Assembly (NCBI GenBank): GCA_023229525.1
Contig: JALNZC010000013.1
Coordinates: forward strand, 17,286 to 81,285
Direction of reading: 5' to 3'
Source of the DNA: Bacteroidales bacterium
Lineage (GTDB): Bacteria > Bacteroidota > Bacteroidia > Bacteroidales > FEN-979
DNA length: 64,000 nucleotides
Numbering within the stretch: position 1 is the stretch's first letter; each line of letters begins with the position of its first letter. A model generated the notes under the pieces. It searched no databases. It was given only the letters and a program-made list of their open reading frames with translations, and was not told where the DNA came from. Below, piece after piece: positions 29,479-37,620 of the stretch. The position numbers and the translations under genes are program-made.

Positions 29479-30228
29479 TTAAAATTTCCTGATGCATCGT
29501 ACATTGAGATAGCTGTTTTTACTCGTCCAGCCTACATTTGGCGGTTCAATATCAAATTCTACAATCCATGCCCCTGGAATTGATTGTTCTGTCGAACTCC
29601 AATACCAAAATGGAGCAAATCCACCAATGATCGACTGGTGCACATACACTGAATCCAGTTCGTCAACCGAAGGAAGAAACCAATCGGTAAATCCGCCGGT
29701 TGTCAATGTGTCACATACACTTGCAGCAATACCCGGAGTCGGGCATACCGCGAGAATTGCAGCTGTGTTCGTAGCTCCGGTACCCAGGGCAGTTCCGTTG
29801 GCCCCTGGTATGGTATCTGTATCACAACCATAAAGATAATAATCTGGTAGGTCCGTTTCCGATGCAATTAATCCATGCTGGCCTGAAGGATCGAGATAGA
29901 AAACAACTCCCCCTCCCACATGTTGTCCCAAATAATAAGTTGAGGTGTTTATTTTTAACCATCCTACCCCGTCAAATATATATAGTCCGTTCCCGAATGG
30001 TCCATTTGCGGTTACATAAATCAATAAACCGGTTGTTGCATTCAAGGGTCGGTTGTTATAATCGATCCTTGGAAGTAAAAGTCCCTTGTTTTCAGATTTT
30101 ATTTCAAGCATTGCCGAAGAATCCGGAGCGCTTCCGTCATTATTTATTGATACCTGGCCCACTGCTGGCATATTGTATAACAAATGCATTAAAACCACAA
30201 TAAACAAAAAATGATAAAGTGTTTTCAT
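29479..30228 (-). CDS. DUF1566 (Lcl C-terminal-like) domain secreted protein
   Basis: 249 aa with a signal peptide. Motifs GGVVFYLDPSGQHGLIAS ... GFTDWFLPSVDELDSVY ... YWSSTE are typical of DUF1566. Confidence 0.65.
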   Translation of the reverse strand: MKTLYHFLFIVVLMHLLYNMPAVGQVSINNDGSAPDSSAMLEIKSENKGLLLPRIDYNNRPLNATTGLLIYVTANGPFGNGLYIFDGVGWLKINTSTYYLGQHVGGGVVFYLDPSGQHGLIASETDLPDYYLYGCDTDTIPGANGTALGTGATNTAAILAVCPTPGIAASVCDTLTTGGFTDWFLPSVDELDSVYVHQSIIGGFAPFWYWSSTEQSIPGAWIVEFDIEPPNVGWTSKNSYLNVRCIRKF

Positions 30229-30614
30229 AATTAATCCTCGTTAAAAATTATTATTCGAATGTATTTCTATCCAAATTTCTTCGGAACTCAAGATTTGGCG
30301 GGGCAAATCTTGAATATTATTGTCGGCCGTTTTGATTAAACTCCCGGATAAAGATCCGTCGATGACAAAGTTAATATAAAAACACCTAATTGAATATTTA
30401 GATATGTAAAATATTCACCTCATTACCAGTTTGGTCCTGATCCCGGATGCACCCTCTTCCATCGCAGAAACAGGCCATTTAAAAATCAGTATTGAAGACA
30501 GGATCACATTTCGTTAAGGTAGTTGCTGAAGATAAAACCGAGATGGTCAAATTGATCAAAATGAGGTAAGATAATTATCCAATCCCCGTTTACTTTTCAA
30601 ATGAAGGAAGTAGC

Positions 30615-31502
30615 CTACCGGTTATAGTTTCTTTCGGAATGACATCCCGGGGCGCATGTACCGCCGTTCTCCTGTGATACGAAATGGATGGGCATTTCCC
30701 ATTTACCGAAAGGAACCTTTTCGGCGATCAGTTGTGGGTTTAAGGCTCCGTGGACATTGTGGCAACTGATGCAGGTTCTGCTTTTACTGCCTTGGAGATG
30801 AAGATAATGCAGATTCTGCGTGCCACTCCTGAAACCCGTAGCAGTTCCGGTAGTTTTCAGCAGGAGCAAATCGCTGTTGTGGCAGGTAAAACAGACCAGG
30901 AAGTTTTCCTTGTGTGCTGAAGTATAAATCCCCTCGGGGAATGAACCATTCAGGATGAACGGGTTTGATGATCCGTGGGGCGTGTGACAGGCTGAACATC
31001 CCGGATTGGTTTTTCCACCGTGGAAATAGGTGCTGTTGATCACGTTCTTGCGGATATTCATAATGGGTTTGTTATCGGCGGTGACCGACTTGTTATGGCA
31101 GGTGAGGCAGGTTTTTGTCTCTTCGGCCAGCAGCAGTTTCTTTTCTGCTGATGCATGCGGAGAGTGGCAGTTCATGCAATTCTTCTCAGCAGTCACTGGT
31201 GGATGGGGGTGAGTGGCTTCTTGTGTAGCGGCCTGAATGTCGTCGTGGCAACTGAAGCATAGATCCGGGGTTTGTGCAGCCAGGGAGAAGCCTTTTTCTC
31301 CTTGGGAAGGGTGGGTATTACCGTTAGGCTTATGACAAATTCCGCAATTTTTTACAGCTGCTACATGTTTATACTCAGGTTCCATCAATTTTGAATGACA
31401 TTCGAGGCAATCCTGTGGATTTTTATACGGGACGGAGCTAAATACCAGGTTCAGTCTGGCCATATCAAACACAATAAAGATCATGACCAGGGAGAGTCTC
31501 AT
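30615..31502 (-). CDS. multihaem c-type cytochrome (8 CXXCH + 1 CX3CH)
   Basis: 295 aa with a hydrophobic N-terminus. Motifs are CLECH, CGICH, CFSCH, CMNCH, CLTCH, CSACH, CFTCH, CISCH plus C-terminal CAPGCH. The start overlaps the upstream barrel gene stop (ATGA at 31499-31502). Confidence 0.9.
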   Translation of the reverse strand: MRLSLVMIFIVFDMARLNLVFSSVPYKNPQDCLECHSKLMEPEYKHVAAVKNCGICHKPNGNTHPSQGEKGFSLAAQTPDLCFSCHDDIQAATQEATHPHPPVTAEKNCMNCHSPHASAEKKLLLAEETKTCLTCHNKSVTADNKPIMNIRKNVINSTYFHGGKTNPGCSACHTPHGSSNPFILNGSFPEGIYTSAHKENFLVCFTCHNSDLLLLKTTGTATGFRSGTQNLHYLHLQGSKSRTCISCHNVHGALNPQLIAEKVPFGKWEMPIHFVSQENGGTCAPGCHSERNYNR

Positions 31503-33466
31503 TTCCTGTACCAGTTAAAGTTTCTCACTATTTGAATAAATCCGCCCACATAATTGGTTTGCTCATGGAGATAATCACGCCGGAACACCTCCACGCCAAC
31601 TTTAAAGAATATCTGACGGAAAAGTGTGGTGAACTGGACACGACCGGTTAACAGGTTAAGGTCGATCTGCTGGCCTATTTGTTTACGATAACCGAATTCT
31701 ACGGAAAGAGTACTTTGATGCGCAAACTGGTATCCAACATTCCCGGTCACATCAATGAACTGCTGGCGTGTATTCTCAGCCGTCAGGTTGTAATCGCGCA
31801 TGTTCCCGCTGAGCGAAATGGTAACCTTGTATCCTAAATTTCCCTGCAGCTGTGCCCAATAACGGATAAGACGGTAGGGCACGATCGTACTCTGGTAATT
31901 CTCGAATTCCACACCGCCACTGGCAAACTTGTACTCAAGACGGCAGCCGTAAGTAGTTTGGGTGAAATAGTTCAAGGTAAGGTACTCCGCGGTTGTCAGG
32001 TTTGAATACCCCTGGTCGGCCCACTTGAAATATATCTCAAACAGGCGGTTGAAGAACGACACGCTGGCGTTGATGCATTGAAAATTGACATCATACTGAT
32101 AAGACCCCGGGAGCATGGCAACATAATCAACGTATACGCTCCCTTTATTTGGAATTTGTCCACCCGGCATACGCTGGATTTCCAGGAACGTGTTGCGCTG
32201 GATCAACACATAATCGAAATTGGGCTCATAGATGATCGTTCCGGTAACATCCTTCACAACTACCGAATTGAGATCAATATTGGCCTGGTTTAGCAAGGTC
32301 ATCTGACCGTCAGTAAGCACGTGCTCTTCGTGCAGGATAGGCTGGGGAACAGGTTCACTTGTATGTTTCTGACGTTGCCAATTATAAGTATAACCCAGCA
32401 TCAACCTGCCTTTTAAGGGGATTTTCTTCTCATAGTTTATATTGATACCCGCGATAAGGTTATTCTCTTTATAAAATGTATGACGGATCTGGTTATATTC
32501 CAGCGACAATCCCGAATTGAGGCTTTCGTACAACCGGTGACGCAGCATGGCCCGGATCGCATTCTGATTCATTTCCTGCGAATCCCTGCGGTAATCGTAA
32601 AAGTTATAACTTGTGCTTAAGCTGAAGCGTTTTGGGAGGTTCAGGTTTATGCTTTCATCTACCTGGATCCTGCGAAAAACGTCGGAGCCCCGCTGATCGA
32701 TACCGGAAATTGCTGAGATAAAGCTGTAATTGCGCTTTTTATCGAAGGAAATAGTATTGTTGAGACTCAGGTTATCGGAGATATTCCTTGATTCAGCGAT
32801 GTTTACATCATTCCTTGAATAGTCATTGTGAAAATAAATGAGTTGGCTGTTATCATAAGCAGAAAAGGATTTGTCGATCCGTGCCTGGATGGTTTGCTGT
32901 TGGGTGATGAATGAACGACCGGTAAGGATCTCAGTTTCGTACCATTTCCCCTGTTGGTAAGAGGCCTGGATGGGAAGGATCTTGTTCATCCAGATAAAAT
33001 TACCTCCAAAGTTGATGGTATTTGAGTGGATATTTGATAGGTTTTCACGACTGGTGTATACATTGTTATAGTTGAAAAAACCACTGAAGTTAATGGTCTT
33101 CTGGCGAAAGAAAGTGAGGGTGGCATCCAGTTTTTCCATAGTTCGTACCTCAGCCTGGTCGGGGATGACGAGAAAAAGATCCTTTCCGATAACCGGGTTG
33201 AATTCTCCGCCCAGGTGGAGCGAGATAAAATCAGGATGAATGAAATAACTGTCGGTGTTAAGTAGTATCCCACCATAAAACCGTGAACTTTCTTGGGTGT
33301 TGTAGATCTCGTTGGAATATCCGGCCTGGTAACGGTAATCGGCCCCAAGTTTCACAGCGCCATTTATCGAGTTGAGCGCCCAGAACCTCCGGGAAATGGA
33401 ATAATTCTGGGATAATCCCAGTGCGGGCAAAAGCAGCATTATGCAAAAAAAACGCAAGCCTTTCAT
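31499..33466 (-). CDS. large outer-membrane beta-barrel protein (candidate porin of a porin-cytochrome complex)
   Basis: 655 aa with a signal peptide (MLLLPALGLSQ) and no Cys-haem motifs. Tyr/Asn/Ser/Gly-rich with alternating amphipathic strand-like segments throughout. Sandwiched between two multihaem cytochrome genes. Confidence 0.65.
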   Translation of the reverse strand: MKGLRFFCIMLLLPALGLSQNYSISRRFWALNSINGAVKLGADYRYQAGYSNEIYNTQESSRFYGGILLNTDSYFIHPDFISLHLGGEFNPVIGKDLFLVIPDQAEVRTMEKLDATLTFFRQKTINFSGFFNYNNVYTSRENLSNIHSNTINFGGNFIWMNKILPIQASYQQGKWYETEILTGRSFITQQQTIQARIDKSFSAYDNSQLIYFHNDYSRNDVNIAESRNISDNLSLNNTISFDKKRNYSFISAISGIDQRGSDVFRRIQVDESINLNLPKRFSLSTSYNFYDYRRDSQEMNQNAIRAMLRHRLYESLNSGLSLEYNQIRHTFYKENNLIAGININYEKKIPLKGRLMLGYTYNWQRQKHTSEPVPQPILHEEHVLTDGQMTLLNQANIDLNSVVVKDVTGTIIYEPNFDYVLIQRNTFLEIQRMPGGQIPNKGSVYVDYVAMLPGSYQYDVNFQCINASVSFFNRLFEIYFKWADQGYSNLTTAEYLTLNYFTQTTYGCRLEYKFASGGVEFENYQSTIVPYRLIRYWAQLQGNLGYKVTISLSGNMRDYNLTAENTRQQFIDVTGNVGYQFAHQSTLSVEFGYRKQIGQQIDLNLLTGRVQFTTLFRQIFFKVGVEVFRRDYLHEQTNYVGGFIQIVRNFNWYRK

Positions 33467-33480
33467 CCCTTATTCCTGTT

Positions 33481-34035
33481 TCAGTTTAAAAAATACCGTT
33501 TATTCCCACCATGTGGATTATGACAAGTTGTACATGGCGATTCACCGATCTTCTCATGCTCCGGAGTTGCAAGGATACGGTCTGATTCATGGCAAGTGAA
33601 GCATAGCGCTTGTCCTGTTCGCAAAAGCAATTTTGGGTTCTCCGAATTGTGTGGGCTATGGCATTTGGTACAATTACCGGAGACCACTGGTCCATGCTCG
33701 AATTTCCCGTCATACGCATCATGACACTGATAGCAAAGACCAGGTTGAGGTTCGATCATGTTCCCAGGACGGTTGGGATCGTGACATACCCCGCATTTTT
33801 TAAGGGCAAACGGTGGATGTGCCGGGTGCTTCGATGCAGCAGTATTGGCAGCCAGTTCATTTAACAGGGCGGAATCCGATTTATTTCCGGTCTGTTTTGC
33901 AACCATTTTAACCGAATCATTCTTTTCGGGCACACCGTCGAAGAAGACAGTAAGCATCCTGTGCGAACATCCCAGTAAAAAGGAAAAAATGATCACTATC
34001 AGAGAAAGAGATATGTTTTTTTTTACCGGTGTCAT
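33481..34035 (-). CDS. pentahaem c-type cytochrome lipoprotein
   Basis: 184 aa with a lipobox (FSFLLGCS). Motifs are CGVCH, CYQCH, CTKCH, CFTCH, CTTCH. Confidence 0.9.
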   Translation of the reverse strand: MTPVKKNISLSLIVIIFSFLLGCSHRMLTVFFDGVPEKNDSVKMVAKQTGNKSDSALLNELAANTAASKHPAHPPFALKKCGVCHDPNRPGNMIEPQPGLCYQCHDAYDGKFEHGPVVSGNCTKCHSPHNSENPKLLLRTGQALCFTCHESDRILATPEHEKIGESPCTTCHNPHGGNKRYFLN

Positions 34036-34046
34036 CGTTATGTGTT

Positions 34047-35116
34047 TTATTTCGGGCTGATTGCACCGTACACATTGATCTTGTCGGGTCCGTATTGGTT
34101 GGTTACAAAGATGAGATAGTTAAGATTGTAAGCCTGATCCACATATTTATGGAAGTATTTCAGATTGTCATAATCGATGGTCACCTTTGCCGGAAGCCAC
34201 ATATCACCGGGGCCTTGATAAGGTCCGCCGAAAAAGAGCAGTACGCGACCAGTTTTATCAAAAATCTGCGTATTCTCGAAACTTGCATCCACCACATACA
34301 GGTTCTCTTTTTTATCTACGGCGATACCTTTGGGTCGTGCAAACTGGCCAAGGCCGCTCCCGTTGCTTCCCACAGATGACAAGTATTTCCCATCATGGGT
34401 ATAGGTCTTACATTAAAATCACCGATATCACTTACATAAACCTTATCGGGTGTAACATAAATGTTGGCCGGAGAATAAAGGTAACCAGGCTGACCCTGTT
34501 CGGCGTCAGGGAACGTATAGAGAAGTTCACGGGTATTCTTTTTATAAACGTTGATCCTGTTGTTTTTGATATTGGTTACCCAGATCGTATCGCCGGTCAC
34601 AAAGACATCGGTCGGCTTAAATTTATCGGTCTCGCCAAAAGCGCCTATATAGGTTCCGTCCGCTTCAAAGACAACTACTTGCATTCGAATTCCATCGGCA
34701 ACATATAGTTTTCCGGTATCGTCCACGAAACAATTGAGTGGAAGTTTGAGTTTCCCGTTGCCTATCGGTTCGAAATAGGTGAAGGTATTTTTCTCAAGGT
34801 CGATCACTTCAATGAGACCCATGCCTGTATCACAGATATAGATCTTTCCTCCATGCATAGCAATACCGTATGGTTTTTTAATCGGCTTTACCGGGGATTC
34901 GCCAAAAATGAACCGCGAAAATGCTGATTGTTTACCGGTGCTGTTCTCGGAACTGCTGAAAGAAGTCAGAAACTGGATCCTTGCTGTGTCTGGCGGGGGT
35001 GGGTAGGTAACCACTACTTTAAAGGTGGACGTTTTATGCAAACGCCTCGAGCAACCTGAAAAAAGCAGGAATAGGATTCCCGGGATCAGCAATACGGTAA
35101 GAATTTTTCTGTACAT
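34047..35116 (-). pseudogene. NHL-repeat beta-propeller lipoprotein, interrupted by a 1-nt frameshift (or assembly error)
   Basis: ORFs 34316..35116 and 34047..34382 overlap in different frames. Joined at about 34407-34411 they read ...VYVSDIGDFNV/KTYTHDGKYLSSVGSNGSGLGQFARPKGIAVD..., a continuous NHL repeat paralogous to the 40787..41794 protein. Lipobox LLFSGCS. Confidence 0.7.
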
Positions 35117-35145
35117 GGTTAGCTACGTTTCCCAAAAATGATTAA

Positions 35146-35172
35146 TTGGAGGGGATTAAATGGCCCTTCCAA
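35146..35172 (-). terminator. intra-operon hairpin (attenuator or partial terminator) after the tetrahaem cytochrome gene
   Basis: On the minus strand, TTGGAAGGG-loop-CCCCTCCAA (8/9 paired), followed by TTAATCATTTTT. Lies between the cytochrome stop (35206) and the NHL start (35116). Confidence 0.45.
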
Positions 35173-35205
35173 ATCATTGCTTCAACAGATAAAAATGATA
35201 AAAAT

Positions 35206-35835
35206 TTATTTGTTATGGCAGGTAAGGCAGAGGGCACTGGCGACATTGGTCTTCCGTAGCAGGTGCGCAATTCCGGTTCCGTTGTGTACATTGTGACAGG
35301 ATGCACATTCCAGTTTGTTATTGAACAACATGGTCTGTGAAATGGTTCCGGTACCGATTCCTGAAGGATGGGTAGTAGGATTCCACAGACCGGGGTCGGC
35401 TGCTGCCAGCGCAGCGTCGAAAACAAAGGAGATCGGGTGGTCATTCCGCAGATCAGTTCCCACATTGTTGACCGTTGTGATAAAATGAGTCCCGTTTGTT
35501 GTACCACCGAAGTTTTCGAGGGCTACGGTGCCGTCGTGGCAACTCAGACAGAGTTTCGAACTGCCGCTGGGTTGTGTAATGGTTGCTGCTCCGTTAAATG
35601 TCGGACTGGTGTATAGCTGGAAGGTTGCGGTAGTAGATCTGTGGTTCCATAGCGGAGCATCCGGAATGGTGATATCCGCATTGTGCGGTGTGTGACAGCA
35701 GATGCAAATCTGTTGGGTAGTATTCCAGGTCTGCGCTGAAAAATCGTGAGCAGAACCTACGATGGTTTGCCCTAAACCAACATTAACAAGAAAGAAAAAT
35801 GCCGGCAATGCAGTTAATAGTTTCTTGATTTTCAT
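35206..35835 (-). CDS. tetrahaem c-type cytochrome (secreted)
   Basis: 209 aa with a Sec signal (FFFLVNVGLGQ). Motifs are CICCH, CLSCH, CASCH, CLTCH. Colinear similarity to residues about 20-205 of the 559-aa cytochrome (PLWN, CLSCHDGT.AL, NDHP.SF.(Y/F)DA.LAAAD). Confidence 0.9.
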   Translation of the reverse strand: MKIKKLLTALPAFFFLVNVGLGQTIVGSAHDFSAQTWNTTQQICICCHTPHNADITIPDAPLWNHRSTTATFQLYTSPTFNGAATITQPSGSSKLCLSCHDGTVALENFGGTTNGTHFITTVNNVGTDLRNDHPISFVFDAALAAADPGLWNPTTHPSGIGTGTISQTMLFNNKLECASCHNVHNGTGIAHLLRKTNVASALCLTCHNK

Positions 35836-35936
35836 TTTTAGATTGTTTGTTAGTTTGTTTAATTGATATAATTTGAATTGATTATGAGCTCATTAATGTA
35901 ATTTGACAAAACCATTTTTATACTCCGGTAGGGCGA

Positions 35937-35954
35937 AGTCAAAGATTATGCCAA
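35937..35954 (-). promoter_or_regulatory. candidate sigma-54-type promoter (TTGGCAT-N5-TTTGACT, minus strand)
   Basis: The reverse complement of AGTCAAAGATTATGCCAA has GG/-12 spacing matching TGGCAC-N5-TTGC, except the -12 element reads TTGA. It lies about 100 nt upstream of the cytochrome ATG (35835). A 13/17-identical copy occurs at 41877-41894. Confidence 0.35.
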
Positions 35955-36204
35955 AAACAATAATAATAGGGATGGATGGCTATACGGCTATTATTTTTGC
36001 CCGGATTGAGTAAAAATTATAACAGGACAGTAGTTGTAAATGCCACAAATTTAATTACATAATAAATGTTTTCCAGATTATTTTCATATCCTGGAAGTTT
36101 ATCGTTTTTCTTTGGAAAAACAAGAGATCGAAAGAGTAACCGGAATATAAAATCCGGGTGGGTCAATTCACTCAATCCGGGGTGGGGCAAATTACCCAAC
36201 TGCC

Positions 36205-37584
36205 TCATAGACTGTATTTCTTCATCTTATAACGGAGGGTATCACGGGTAATCCCAAGCAATCTGGCCGCCCGGGTCTGATTTTGGCTGGTCTTTTTCAG
36301 TGCAGTGATGATGGTCTGTTTCTCAATGTCATACAATGATGTGCCTTCGGCGAAGAATCCTCCCACTTCTTCGGATGCACGTTGCAAAGGTTTCTGTTCC
36401 TCTTTAAGTTTCACCATTTCGGCAGGCAGGCTTTCAGCATGGATAATATCGCTTGTTTCAAGAATGACAGCCCGTTCGATAACATTGCGCAATTCCCGTA
36501 TATTTCCAGGCCAGTTGTACATTTCAAGAAGTTGTTTGGCCGCAGGATCGATCATCTGGATATTTTTTCTGAAGCGGGAATTGAAATATCTAAGGAAATG
36601 ATCGGAAAGTAATGGGATATCCTCCGTATGTTCACGCAGTGGCGGGATGATGATGCGGAAAACCGTAAGACGGTAATACAGATCTTCGCGAAAGGTCTTC
36701 TCTTCAATGGAACGTTTCATGTCTTTGTTGGTCGCGGCGATGATGCGGATGTCGACCGGAATATCGGCAGTACCGCTGATCCGGCGGATCACCCTGTTTT
36801 CGATTACGCCGAGAAGTTTCACCTGGGTAGCCTGGTTGATCTCCCCGATCTCATCCAGGAAAACGGTGCCTCCTTCAGCCATCTCGAACAGTCCTTTCTT
36901 AAGTTTTTTTGCATCGGTAAAAGCCCCCTGTTCATGACCGAAAAGTTCGCTCTCCAGCAGTGTTTCGGGGAGCGAGGAGCAATTGATTGTGACAAAGGGC
37001 TTACTGGCCCGGCTGCTTTCGTTGTGGATAGCGTGCGCGAAAAGGTCTTTCCCCGTGCCACTTTCACCCAGCAGCAGAATGGTGGTGGTATTGATCCGGG
37101 CTATCTTCTTCGACAACTGGATGATCTTGAGAATTTCGGGTGAGCGGCCGACAATATGGTCGAAGGTGACTTTTTCCTTGTGTTGCCGCCTGAGCAACTG
37201 AACCTCGTTGTTGACGCTGATCTTCTCCCGGATTATGTCTATAATAGCATAGATTTCCTTGAAGGAAAAGGGTTTGTTTATATATTCCTGGGCCCCGAGT
37301 TTCATTGCCTTGACCGCGGTATCGATCGAACCGTAAGCAGTCATAAAAACAATGTTGGTATCCTCGTGCATGGCCCGGATTCGTGTGATCACCTCCAGCC
37401 CCTGGATACCAGGGAGTTTATTGTCGACAAAGGTAATGTCGGGAAACTGTGATTCAAAGAGCTGCAGCCCCTCTTCCCCGCTCTCGGCGGTAAACACGGA
37501 ATATCCCTGCGCCTTCAATTTTTTTTCAAATGACCAGCGAATCAGCTGTTCATCATCGATCACCAATATTTTCAAAGTTTGCAT
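36205..37584 (-). CDS. sigma-54-dependent response regulator (NtrC family: REC-AAA+-Fis HTH)
   Basis: Receiver (ILVIDDE ... DNKLPGIQG), AAA+ Walker A GESGTGKDL, GAFTGA-type loop (GAFTDA) and a C-terminal HTH (RAARLLGITRDTLRYKMKKY). Confidence 0.95.
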   Translation of the reverse strand: MQTLKILVIDDEQLIRWSFEKKLKAQGYSVFTAESGEEGLQLFESQFPDITFVDNKLPGIQGLEVITRIRAMHEDTNIVFMTAYGSIDTAVKAMKLGAQEYINKPFSFKEIYAIIDIIREKISVNNEVQLLRRQHKEKVTFDHIVGRSPEILKIIQLSKKIARINTTTILLLGESGTGKDLFAHAIHNESSRASKPFVTINCSSLPETLLESELFGHEQGAFTDAKKLKKGLFEMAEGGTVFLDEIGEINQATQVKLLGVIENRVIRRISGTADIPVDIRIIAATNKDMKRSIEEKTFREDLYYRLTVFRIIIPPLREHTEDIPLLSDHFLRYFNSRFRKNIQMIDPAAKQLLEMYNWPGNIRELRNVIERAVILETSDIIHAESLPAEMVKLKEEQKPLQRASEEVGGFFAEGTSLYDIEKQTIITALKKTSQNQTRAARLLGITRDTLRYKMKKYSL

Positions 37585-37620
37585 CTAAAGGTATTGGTTC
37601 ATCCAACAAACGGGAACTTG

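Noticed and set aside
30289-30312. 9-bp hairpin CAAGATTTG-GCGGGG-CAAATCTTG in the 385-nt spacer downstream of the cytochrome operon
   Set aside because: It lies about 300 nt beyond the last stop codon and has no flanking T-run on either strand. That is insufficient to call it a terminator.
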